Shown one piece after another: positions 27,916 through 34,755 of a DNA stretch of 64,000 bases. Source of the stretch: Patescibacteria group bacterium (GTDB lineage: Bacteria > Patescibacteriota > JACPGU01); assembly GCA_028718745.1 (NCBI GenBank), contig JAQULF010000001.1, positions 111,078-175,077 of the forward strand, in the 5' to 3' direction. Made by a program: the position numbers and the translations under genes. The notes under the pieces are model-generated. The model made no database searches and was not told the origin of the DNA. It saw only the letters and a list, made by a program, of their open reading frames with translations. The first letter of the stretch is position 1, and each line of letters starts with the position of its first letter.

Positions 27916-27948
27916 CCCCAGTCAAATCCGAAAGGCAATTTGACGGGG
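27916..27948 (+). promoter_or_regulatory. second copy of the conserved hairpin leader motif (CCCCAGTCAAATCCGAAAGGCAATTTGACGGGG + GTAAATATAA), 22 nt upstream of the ATG of 27971
   Basis: Identical 32-nt core to 25565-25596. Confidence 0.6.
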
Positions 27949-27970
27949 TAAATATAACTAAAATAAAAAG

Positions 27971-28366
27971 ATGATTAAAAAGGTAAAACTAATCGCAGGC
28001 ACTTTTGTCTTGTCTACCATGGTTCTTATCGCCAATAAAGTTTCGGCTGTTACCTGTATTACTCCTAATAACCCTCCGGGATGTACTTCGGGCTCTATCG
28101 ATACGAAGGAGTTAGCTGTAGGTAATCTTAATACTTATATAAGCGATGCTTTGGGCTTTGCTATCTGGGCGGCCGGATTATTGTCAGTTGTATTCATAAT
28201 TATTGGAGGCTTCCAATACATTACCGCCGGAGCCAGCAAAGATGGTGCTACCAAAGCAAAAAACACCTTGACTTATGCAATTATCGGTTTAGTTATTGTT
28301 TTGCTAGCGCTTGTTATTCGAAATTATGTTCTTACCAGCATAGGCGTATCCATCCCCGTTCTGTAA
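27971..28366 (+). CDS. TrbC/VirB2-like pilin-type protein (signal peptide + two TM helices)
   Basis: MIKKVKLIAGTFVLSTMVLIANKVSA signal; …FAIWAAGLLSVVFIIIGGFQYITAGASKDGATKAKNTLTYAIIGLVIVLLALVI two-helix hairpin typical of conjugative pilins; truncated paralog at 46198. Confidence 0.45.
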   Translation: MIKKVKLIAGTFVLSTMVLIANKVSAVTCITPNNPPGCTSGSIDTKELAVGNLNTYISDALGFAIWAAGLLSVVFIIIGGFQYITAGASKDGATKAKNTLTYAIIGLVIVLLALVIRNYVLTSIGVSIPVL

Positions 28367-28385
28367 TTTCAGGAAAATAAAAAAA

Positions 28386-28415
28386 ATATCCTCCGTTCGG
28401 GAGGATATTTTTTTA
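28386..28415. terminator. bidirectional intrinsic terminator (ATATCCTCC-gttcg-GGAGGATAT flanked by A-run and T-run)
   Basis: aaaaaaaATATCCTCCgttcgGGAGGATATttttttt between convergent genes 27971..28366 and rpsT. Confidence 0.75.
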
Positions 28416-28433
28416 TGTTTACAATTGAATGTT

Positions 28434-28703
28434 TTATTTTACTAAACCAGCAATCAACTTCGCCAACTTTGATTTTTTACGAGCAGCGTTATTCTTGTGG
28501 ATAGTTTTTTTCTTAACATTTTTATCGATCGTCTTATAGGCTTTCTGCAACAAATCATTTAATTTTTTCTTATCCGCTTTTTCCGCTACGGCATCCTTGG
28601 TTTCTTTAATAATTTTTTTCATGGCAAGCTTAAAACGAAGATTGTCCTCTCTTCTTTTTGCGGTTTTTTTAACATCTTTTATGGAAGCTTTCAGATTAGG
28701 CAT
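28434..28703 (-). CDS. rpsT: 30S ribosomal protein S20
   Basis: MPNLKASIKDVKKTAKRREDNLRFK…LIHKNNAARKKSKLAKLIAGL matches the S20 pattern. Confidence 0.85.
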   Translation of the reverse strand: MPNLKASIKDVKKTAKRREDNLRFKLAMKKIIKETKDAVAEKADKKKLNDLLQKAYKTIDKNVKKKTIHKNNAARKKSKLAKLIAGLVK

Positions 28704-28742
28704 AGGGGTAAATTATTATTATATGATTAAATGAATAAAGGA

Positions 28743-29132
28743 TTATGATAACATCTTTTTATTAGTAAATTTTATCAACGAATTAACTTCTCTTGGCAAT
28801 TGTTTTAACTGTGAAAAGATAAATAAATATTGTTCTTCCGATAGCAACCCTCTGATTTTTGCTTTTTCATTCCAGTCTAGCGATTCATAAATAGACCCAT
28901 AACTATAATTATAAAATTTAATCTTGTCTTTCTTGGTTTTTCTACCAAATCCTTCAGCGATATTAGCTGATATTGAATCAATTGCCCTAATAAACTGTTT
29001 TCCGACTGTATCTTTGGCCAAATAATCCCACTTAATCACTATATTCCAGACATAATTGGAAAGAGGGAGGGCTATTTTATAGGTATTAATATCATTTAAT
29101 TGTAAAAACTTTTTATTTGTATTTTCAATCAT
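28743..29132 (-). CDS. four-helix-bundle protein (TIGR02436-like, 23S rRNA IVS / Avd-like family), flanked by inverted AT-rich repeats
   Basis: …ISANIAEGFGRKTKKDKIKFYNYSYGSIYESL… motif of the four-helix-bundle family; 15-bp inverted repeat ATGAATAAAGGATTA overlaps both its stop (28730-28745) and start (29129-29166) codons. Confidence 0.65.
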   Translation of the reverse strand: MIENTNKKFLQLNDINTYKIALPLSNYVWNIVIKWDYLAKDTVGKQFIRAIDSISANIAEGFGRKTKKDKIKFYNYSYGSIYESLDWNEKAKIRGLLSEEQYLFIFSQLKQLPREVNSLIKFTNKKMLS

Positions 29133-29216
29133 TTATTCATTTAGTCCTTTAATCCTTTATTCATCCTACCACAAAACCCCGTTTCAATCAATCAACTCTT
29201 TCCTACGCTGCGTATT

Positions 29217-29786
29217 TTATCTTCTGTACACATACATTTTTTCAAACCCCGGATCTTTTTTTATCATCAAAGTCTCTTGAGTGAATTGCGGTTGCCAACC
29301 TGGCACAGGGAAAGTACTAACAATAATGATTGCTCCCTGCCTCAATTCTTTCTCAAGTTTGTTCTTCAGCTTTTCCATCGTTTCCGGCCAGGTATAAATA
29401 TAGACAATGTCTGCCCGACTAAGATCTACATCAAAAATATTTTTTCTGGCAAAAATTACTTTTTGTCTGACAAAAGAAGATCTGGCTCTAGAAAAATATA
29501 TTTTAAACGGACTACGATCAAAACCATAGACTTGGAAATCGGGAAAAAACTTTTTAATTCTGATAGCAAAAGCCCCGCGTCCGGAGCCAAGATCAAAGAA
29601 GGTTGCTTTTTTTAAGTCTAATTTTTCTAAAATCTCTTTAACTTTTTGAGTAGCTTTCTTACTCGAAGAAACATCAATATATTTTATATGGATATTGGTA
29701 AGGATGGAATCAAGAATAAAAACAGAATATAGAAAAGAAATAAAGATGATTAAAAGAGCGGTAAATATGACTGAATATTGGGTCAT
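29217..29786 (-). CDS. class I SAM-dependent methyltransferase with N-terminal TM helix
   Basis: FFDLGSGRGAFAI glycine-rich SAM-binding motif; exact specificity (e.g. RsmG-like) not determinable. Confidence 0.55.
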   Translation of the reverse strand: MTQYSVIFTALLIIFISFLYSVFILDSILTNIHIKYIDVSSSKKATQKVKEILEKLDLKKATFFDLGSGRGAFAIRIKKFFPDFQVYGFDRSPFKIYFSRARSSFVRQKVIFARKNIFDVDLSRADIVYIYTWPETMEKLKNKLEKELRQGAIIIVSTFPVPGWQPQFTQETLMIKKDPGFEKMYVYRR

Positions 29787-29794
29787 TGCTTATA

Positions 29795-29880
29795 AATAAT
29801 GAATTAATGATTAAAGGATTAAATGATTAAAAAGCGCCCCTATAGTCCTTTATTCATTTAATCATTTATTCATGAGAACT
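29795..29880. repeat. AT-rich palindromic repeat element (arms ATGAATTAATGATTAAAGGATTAAATGATT / AGTCCTTTATTCATTTAATCATTTATTCAT), same family as 11404 and 59846
   Basis: Inverted arms around loop aaaaagcgcccctatag. Confidence 0.55.
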
Positions 29881-29892
29881 TTTCTTAATCAA

Positions 29893-30657
29893 CTAATCTC
29901 TCTTTTCTTCTACTACTATGATTTCTTCGCCCCCTGCTTTTTTCACCCTTACCACCACTTCTTTGTTTTTTTCGCGATCAACTATCACTTGCTGGCCTAT
30001 TGAAAAAAGAGTACCAACTACCCAATAAAGGGTAAGTCCGGAAGGCAAGCTGACAGCAAAAAATAAAGTCATCAACGGCATCAGAAATATCATTTGACGA
30101 TTCATTTTTTGTTCGGTAGAAGGATTTTTGGATTTATCTATCGGGGTCGTCATTATGGCTAAAACATATTGCAAGCCGGCAGCTAGAACGGGCAAAACAA
30201 ATTTTTCCGGTTTTGATAAATCCAAAAATCCTAAAAATGTAGGACTGATTTTTTCCGGCAAGTGAATGAAAGAGTAAACTTGAGCCGGGTTTATTTTGGT
30301 CAAAACCTCTCTAAAAATCTGATAGAGCGCCAAGAGTATAGGAAGCTGAATCAAAACCGGCAAACAGCTGCTGATAGGGCTTACTCCATTGTGCTTGTAG
30401 AACTCCATCTGCGCCTTCGCAAAAGCCTGCTGATCACTCTTGTGCCGCTCTTTTAGAATGGCTAATTCTGGAGCAAGTTTCTTCATTTTTCTTTGCGCTC
30501 TAGAGGATTTTAGGCTTAACGGCAGAACAACGACCCTTATTATTATAGTTATTATAATAATGGCGATACCAAGATCGTGACCCGGCACATTGTTGTATAA
30601 AAACAAGAGCAGGTTGAGTAGCGGTTTTATAAGAAATTCGTTCCAAATATAGACCAT
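29893..30657 (-). CDS. yidC: membrane protein insertase YidC/Oxa1 family (short form)
   Basis: …IIRVVVLPLSLKSSRAQRKMKKLAPELAILKERHK… conserved YidC core; in the rpmH-rnpA-yidD-yidC cluster. Confidence 0.85.
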   Translation of the reverse strand: MVYIWNEFLIKPLLNLLLFLYNNVPGHDLGIAIIIITIIIRVVVLPLSLKSSRAQRKMKKLAPELAILKERHKSDQQAFAKAQMEFYKHNGVSPISSCLPVLIQLPILLALYQIFREVLTKINPAQVYSFIHLPEKISPTFLGFLDLSKPEKFVLPVLAAGLQYVLAIMTTPIDKSKNPSTEQKMNRQMIFLMPLMTLFFAVSLPSGLTLYWVVGTLFSIGQQVIVDREKNKEVVVRVKKAGGEEIIVVEEKRD

Positions 30658-30766
30658 AAATATAAAAAATTAAAGATAAAAGATAAAAAACAAATACTTA
30701 AATATATAAAAACAAAGATATTTTTAAGTTTTTAATTCTTGTTTTTTATTTTTTATATTTTATTTT

Positions 30767-31033
30767 TCATTTTAAAAAATCTTCTCCTCCCTTACTCCAA
30801 GGGTTACATCTTAAAACTCGCCAAATCGCTAAATAACCCCCCTTAAAAAAACCATACTTTTGAAAGGCCTGCTTACTATATTGTGAACAAGTGGGATGAT
30901 ATTTGCAATAGCCGTATGGGTATCTTGCCTTCAGCCAGCCATGATCGGGAGAGAGAGTTTTTTGATAAATCGTAATTAGAAATATAACAATTTTCCGCGG
31001 TATAAAGATGATTTTTTTAAAAGTATCGTCCAT
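30767..31033 (-). CDS. yidD: membrane protein insertion efficiency factor YidD
   Basis: IYQKTLSPDHGWLKARYPYGYCKYHPTCSQYSKQAFQKYGFFKGGYLAIWRVLRCNPWSKGG is the YidD signature. Confidence 0.85.
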   Translation of the reverse strand: MDDTFKKIIFIPRKIVIFLITIYQKTLSPDHGWLKARYPYGYCKYHPTCSQYSKQAFQKYGFFKGGYLAIWRVLRCNPWSKGGEDFLK

Positions 31034-31034
31034 T

Positions 31035-31093
31035 TGTATGCTTTCGGAATGACGGACGAAAGTCCGTCTCTCAATGTTGACGAACTATCGTTC
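31035..31093. repeat. compound GC-rich inverted repeat between yidD and rnpA (outer stem GGAATGACG/CGTCATTCC enclosing two perfect hairpins GACGGAC-gaaa-GTCCGTC and GACGAAC-tat-CGTTCGTC)
   Basis: cGGAATGACGgacgaaagtccgtctctcaatgttgacgaactatcgttCGTCATTCCaa; cloverleaf-like structure. Confidence 0.5.
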
Positions 31094-31094
31094 G

Positions 31095-31448
31095 TCATTC
31101 CAATATGTTTAATAAGCCTGTCCTTCCGCAAAGATGCAAAAACTCTTTCTCTAAATCCTGATAACTCGCTTCCAATATCTTGTCTTTCGCCGAAATGATC
31201 AGCCAATAACCCTTTCTGATTTTATCTTGGTTCAACCGAATAATTTCGCGCAATTGCCTCCTTTTTCTGTTTCGCATAACTGAACTTTTGGAGATATTCA
31301 ATCCTAAAACTATCCCGAATCTAACCGGCTCATTGCTATTTTTCGATTCCAAAAAACGCAAAGAAAAAAATATGCCGCTCACAACCTTTCCTTTTTTGTA
31401 AACCAAATCAAACTCTTTTTTTGATCTTAAGCTTTTGTTGAGAGACAT
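31095..31448 (-). CDS. rnpA: ribonuclease P protein component
   Basis: MSLNKSLRSKKEFDLVYKKGKVVSGIFFSLRFL…RNRKRRQLREIIR; ATG at 31446-31448 preferred over the track's GTG at 31466, which would overlap rpmH. Confidence 0.85.
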   Translation of the reverse strand: MSLNKSLRSKKEFDLVYKKGKVVSGIFFSLRFLESKNSNEPVRFGIVLGLNISKSSVMRNRKRRQLREIIRLNQDKIRKGYWLIISAKDKILEASYQDLEKEFLHLCGRTGLLNILE

Positions 31449-31449
31449 A

Positions 31450-31596
31450 TTATTTATCGCTAACACTTAAACGCTTTCGGCCTTTTGCCCTTCTTCTGGA
31501 TAAAATCTTTTTGCCATTGGCCGATTTCATGCGATTGCGAAATCCATGAACTTTTAGCTTGCTTCCTCGTTTGTATGCGCCGGTACCTTTTTTCAA
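31450..31596 (-). CDS. rpmH: 50S ribosomal protein L34 (TTG start; not in the ORF track, 48 aa)
   Basis: Manual translation [48 protein letters not shown] (…HGFR.RM….G…[10 protein letters not shown]) is diagnostic L34; RBS AGGAGG 5 nt upstream. Confidence 0.8.
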   Translation of the reverse strand: MKKGTGAYKRGSKLKVHGFRNRMKSANGKKILSRRRAKGRKRLSVSDK

Positions 31597-31753
31597 AACT
31601 TCCTCCTAAAAAATATTATATAATAAGAAGTTTTGCCCTCCGAAGTTCACACTGGAAATAACAGAATGTAATTCGTTTTTCCAGTAAGAATGAAGGATGG
31701 GCTGCTATCTTATAATATAAAGGTTAATAAATAATGCTTAACACCATCTAATT

Positions 31754-32833
31754 CTAACTGCTACGACCCTTTTTGTCAATTAAATCTGATAACTCTTTTG
31801 TTAATTTCCAGCCCTCACAGTGTTTTAAAACCCCAAAATAAGACTGTCGAATTTGCTCAAATGATTCTTGGCTAATAACTTTTTGATCTAATAGTCTCTT
31901 TTTTGCTCTCAACTTCTTAAACATTCTTTTCTTGGTCTTCGTTCGGAGAATTTTGTGATACGGAAAAACCACATATCCCAAAAAATCAATTCCTTGATTT
32001 GGTTTGCGGATAATGGTTTTGTCAGGATGTAATTGCAACTTAAGGTTGTCTTTTATAAAATCGCCGACCGCATCCTGTAGGGAACAGCCATGGCTGTTCC
32101 CTACCGAATACAATATCACAAAATCATCACAATACCGGGCATACGATTTAACCTTTAAGCGATGTTTTACAAACTGATCTAATTCGTTCAAGTAGATATT
32201 GGCAAAAAGTTGCGAGGTAAGATTGCCCAGCGGAATCCCCGTACTCTCTCTCTCTCTCTCGTTTTGTTTTGTGTTAAACGAATCGATTGTTTCTTTAACT
32301 AACCACAAAACATTCTCATCTTTGATTTTCTTTTTAATTAAATCAAACAATATCTCATGGTCAACGGACGCGAAAAATTTTTTGATGTCTAATTTAATGA
32401 TGACACGATAATATTTTACTTCCCCTGTAGAGACACGCCATGGCGTGTCTCTACGAAGAAAACTCTGCAATCGATCTACTGCCTTATGTGTTCCTTTTTC
32501 GTTTCTGCAGGAATATGAATCATGGATAAATGTTTTGTCGAAGATAGGATAGAGGATTCTATAAATAGCGTGATGAACTATGCGATCTTTCACAGTAGCT
32601 TTGTGAATGTGCCGTCTTTTTGGATCATTGATAAAAAATGAGGTATAATGGCTATGCTTATAGGTTTTAGATTTAAGCTCCTCGTGAAGATTAAAGAGAT
32701 TATCTTCAAGATGTAGCTCAAATTCTTGGACATCTTTCTTTTTTCTTTTCCCTTTTTTAAATTCATTCCAACTACAAAATAAATTATCAATACTAATAAT
32801 TTGGGAGAATAAATTATCATGGAGAATTTTCAT
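31754..32833 (-). CDS. diversity-generating retroelement (DGR) reverse transcriptase, with two in-frame palindromic element insertions; probable start at Met36 of the track ORF (32831-32833)
   Basis: RT motifs RRHIHKATVKDRIVHHAIYRIL (dom 1-2), YYRVIIKLDIKKFFASVDH (dom 3), GIPLGNLTSQLFANIYLNELD (dom 4, DGR-specific [IVL]GxxxSQ instead of QGxxxSP), YARYCDDFVIL (YxDD); adjacent avd, TR and VR. Confidence 0.85.
   Translation of the reverse strand: MKILHDNLFSQIISIDNLFCSWNEFKKGKRKKKDVQEFELHLEDNLFNLHEELKSKTYKHSHYTSFFINDPKRRHIHKATVKDRIVHHAIYRILYPIFDKTFIHDSYSCRNEKGTHKAVDRLQSFLRRDTPWRVSTGEVKYYRVIIKLDIKKFFASVDHEILFDLIKKKIKDENVLWLVKETIDSFNTKQNERERESTGIPLGNLTSQLFANIYLNELDQFVKHRLKVKSYARYCDDFVILYSVGNSHGCSLQDAVGDFIKDNLKLQLHPDKTIIRKPNQGIDFLGYVVFPYHKILRTKTKKRMFKKLRAKKRLLDQKVISQESFEQIRQSYFGVLKHCEGWKLTKELSDLIDKKGRSS
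32077..32104. repeat. GC-rich palindromic element GTAGGGAACAGCCATGGCTGTTCCCTAC inserted in frame in the RT gene (encodes …VGNSHGCSL…)
   Basis: Perfect 28-bp palindrome; core identical to the comF copy at 14493. Confidence 0.7.
32427..32454. repeat. GC-rich palindromic element GTAGAGACACGCCATGGCGTGTCTCTAC inserted in frame in the RT gene (encodes …DTPWRVSTGE…)
   Basis: Perfect 28-bp palindrome with the same GTAG / CTAC termini and central CCATGG. Confidence 0.7.
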
Positions 32834-33172
32834 AGTCCGTCTATTATTCAGAAGGTTTATGATTTCTATGCTGAACTTTATTTGGTGGTAGAAAAGATGC
32901 CCAAGAAAGACAAATATGCCCTGGGCGAGAAACTGCAAAAAATCACTTTGGATTTTCTGGAATTGCTAATCACTGCCAGCAATAAATCAAAAGATAAAAA
33001 ATATCCCTTCATGGAATTAGCTAGTACAAAGCTTGAAGTTCTGAAAATTACTATCCGACTCTCACATGAAGTTAAAGCGATACCAACGAGCAAATATCAT
33101 TCTCTGGAAGAAAGACTTCAGGAAATTGGTAGGATGCTTGGGGGATGGATAAACTCAATAAAAACACCTTGA
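32819..33172 (+). CDS. avd: DGR accessory variability determinant (Avd), four-helix-bundle protein; encoded divergently to the RT, with start codons overlapping by 15 nt
   Basis: 117 aa; C-terminus EERLQEIGRMLGGWINSIKTP parallels Bordetella phage bAvd …AEVGRILGSWIARVNRK; N-terminal IIQKVYDFYAELYLVVEKMPKKDKYALGEKL parallels bAvd helix 1-2. Confidence 0.7.
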   Translation: MENFHSPSIIQKVYDFYAELYLVVEKMPKKDKYALGEKLQKITLDFLELLITASNKSKDKKYPFMELASTKLEVLKITIRLSHEVKAIPTSKYHSLEERLQEIGRMLGGWINSIKTP

Positions 33173-33203
33173 TTGGTGTTTTTATTTTTTGCTTAGAGAC
33201 TAT

Positions 33204-33310
33204 CTCGACGGCGGCACCGATGTTGTCATTGGCATTCTCGGGATTCCAGTTGTCGTTGACATTGAGGCTGTCGTTGTTGAAGTTGACATTCAGCGGACGC
33301 TCGTCGTAAA
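33204..33310 (-). repeat. DGR template repeat (TR), 107 bp
   Basis: Aligns to VR 33663-33766; all 13 substitutions are TR T (plus strand, = A on the coding minus strand) versus VR A/G/C; one 3-nt in-frame indel. Conceptual translation of TR gives an Asn(AAY)-rich peptide YDERPLNVNFNNDSLNVNDNWNPENANDNIGAAVE versus VR YDERPLHVIFY-DSLDVYDYWHPENAHGLIGAAVE. Confidence 0.85.
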
Positions 33311-33577
33311 GTGCCTTTTTCCATCTATTATCACCACTCCTTGATAAACTCTCAGAGTTGAATTTTATTTGGCGGCACCCCAACGATATGTCGGAGATCC
33401 GCACCAGAAAAAGACACGGAGTTTCTAAGCAATTCTTTCGCGCTCTTCCGATGTCTAATAGATAGACGACCGGAACTCTGGCTACTTGATACTTAGGATT
33501 TCGGCGGCCTGGATTCGTAAACCCAAGCGCTCTACCTAATCTCAAGAACATTTTAGCAGAAATAAGGCAAAAAGAAA

Positions 33578-33604
33578 GGGGCAAACGCTTTCGCGTTTGC
33601 CCCA
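33578..33604 (-). terminator. strong hairpin GGGGCAAACGC-gaaa-GCGTTTGCCCC + T-tract immediately downstream of the VR/target gene (terminator; possibly the DGR homing-associated stem-loop)
   Basis: Minus strand: ...ttcttGGGGCAAACGCgaaaGCGTTTGCCCCtttctttttgcc. Confidence 0.7.
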
Positions 33605-33635
33605 AGAAACCAAGGATTCAAAAGAAATCCGAGAA

Positions 33636-34604
33636 TCAGGCGGCAAGTTCCAGAGGAACTCCCTCGACGGCGGCACCGATGAGGCCATGGGCATTCTCGG
33701 GATGCCAGTAGTCGTAGACATCGAGGCTGTCGTAGAAGATGACATGCAGCGGACGCTCGTCGTAAATGGTGCTGGTGCGAGCCCATGTTGATGTTCTGAA
33801 CTTCCGGTAGTTGATGGCGAGCAGGAGCATCATGAGCGCGTCGGAGGTAACCGAAGAATTTATCAGGCCGTGTTCCTTTGTAACTTTCTGTTGATTTTCC
33901 CAGCGCTTCTTTGTGGTAAAAGCGGGGAAATCAACATAACTGATGCGCCAGCGCTCCGAGTCTGTGGCCGGTACATGCGGCCAGCCCTCAATGCCCTGTT
34001 TGATGAACCAGTTGCTGTAGTCAATGCCCGGGCGTATGATTCCGGGACCGAGACCGTCATGCTGGACTCCGAACCAGTTGTAAAGATTGACCAGCGATGT
34101 CTTATGCCTCGCTACACCGAAAAGCTCCAATTGAAGTACGGGAATGCAGTTCCACTCCGGTCTTTTGCAAAGCTCCACCAGCTTTCGGAGCAGCTCGGGC
34201 GTCCATGCCTCGGGCAGAGGAACTTCGGGAACCCAGCCCTTATCGAGATTCAGCGGATTTTCGCCGTTGGGACCCGTCATCGCTTTCTCCCATTCCGCCG
34301 CGCCGACGACTAGAAGCCCGTCGATTGCTCGGTAAGGCGCGAGCGGATCGAGCAGGTCGTCGAGGTTGATTTCGTCGCGAGTTATCGCTTCGAAAAATCG
34401 GGCGAGAAGATCGGGTTCGATGTCGACGCTATCGGGAAGAAGAACAGCTCTTCCTTTCGTGGTTTTTACAACCCCTGACCTGAAAAATTCCTGGATGGCC
34501 TTTTTGTCTTTGAGGCGTTCGGCCATCTGCGCACAGGTTACCTTACCGTCACGGATTGTGGTCAACAGTTCTATGTCTTGACCGGACGTTATCGGCTTAC
34601 TCAT
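33636..34604 (-). CDS. DGR target (variable) protein; GC-rich ORF whose C-terminal ~35 residues are the variable region, presumably in a C-type-lectin/FGE-like fold
   Basis: C-terminus …TSTIYDERPLHVIFYDSLDVYDYWHPENAHGLIGAAVEGVPLELAA overlaps VR (33663-33766); VR differs from TR only at TR-adenine positions. Confidence 0.8.
   Translation of the reverse strand: MSKPITSGQDIELLTTIRDGKVTCAQMAERLKDKKAIQEFFRSGVVKTTKGRAVLLPDSVDIEPDLLARFFEAITRDEINLDDLLDPLAPYRAIDGLLVVGAAEWEKAMTGPNGENPLNLDKGWVPEVPLPEAWTPELLRKLVELCKRPEWNCIPVLQLELFGVARHKTSLVNLYNWFGVQHDGLGPGIIRPGIDYSNWFIKQGIEGWPHVPATDSERWRISYVDFPAFTTKKRWENQQKVTKEHGLINSSVTSDALMMLLLAINYRKFRTSTWARTSTIYDERPLHVIFYDSLDVYDYWHPENAHGLIGAAVEGVPLELAA
33663..33766 (-). 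repeat. DGR variable repeat (VR), 104 bp, at the 3' end of the target gene
   Basis: See TR; the GC-rich 3' boundary (coding strand …GGGAGTTCCTCTGGAACTTGCCGCC TGA) is the likely IMH. Confidence 0.85.
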
Positions 34605-34755
34605 GGCGCACCTTCCTTTCTCCCATTTAAGGGATAGTTTTGTAAGGTCCGAACCGCAACCTTTATATCAAAATAATAGCATATTCTACAAGAAAATGCA
34701 AGGGGTTGTTGTTTAATATCCCCAAGGAAACACTTTGGGGATTTAAAAAAGCAAG

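Noticed and set aside
31449-31466. GTG-extended start of rnpA (track 31095..31466)
   Set aside because: It would overlap the rpmH stop; the ATG at 31446-31448 (MSLNK…) is the conventional rnpA start.
31600-31753. Hairpin ACTGGAAA…TTTCCAGT between the RT 3' end and the rpmH promoter as a terminator
   Set aside because: No U-tract on either strand; possibly DGR RNA-related but not supportable.
33072-33605. Minus-strand ORF 177 aa covering the TR
   Set aside because: An artefact of the TR resembling the coding VR: it reads through TR as an Asn-rich peptide with no start context. TR is non-coding template.
33863-34581. Several ORFs overlapping the DGR target gene on either strand (33863..34060 -, 33870..34313 +, 34097..34369 +, 34144..34335 +, 34366..34581 +)
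   Set aside because: Typical spurious ORFs in GC-rich DNA around a real gene; Arg/Ser/Pro-rich.
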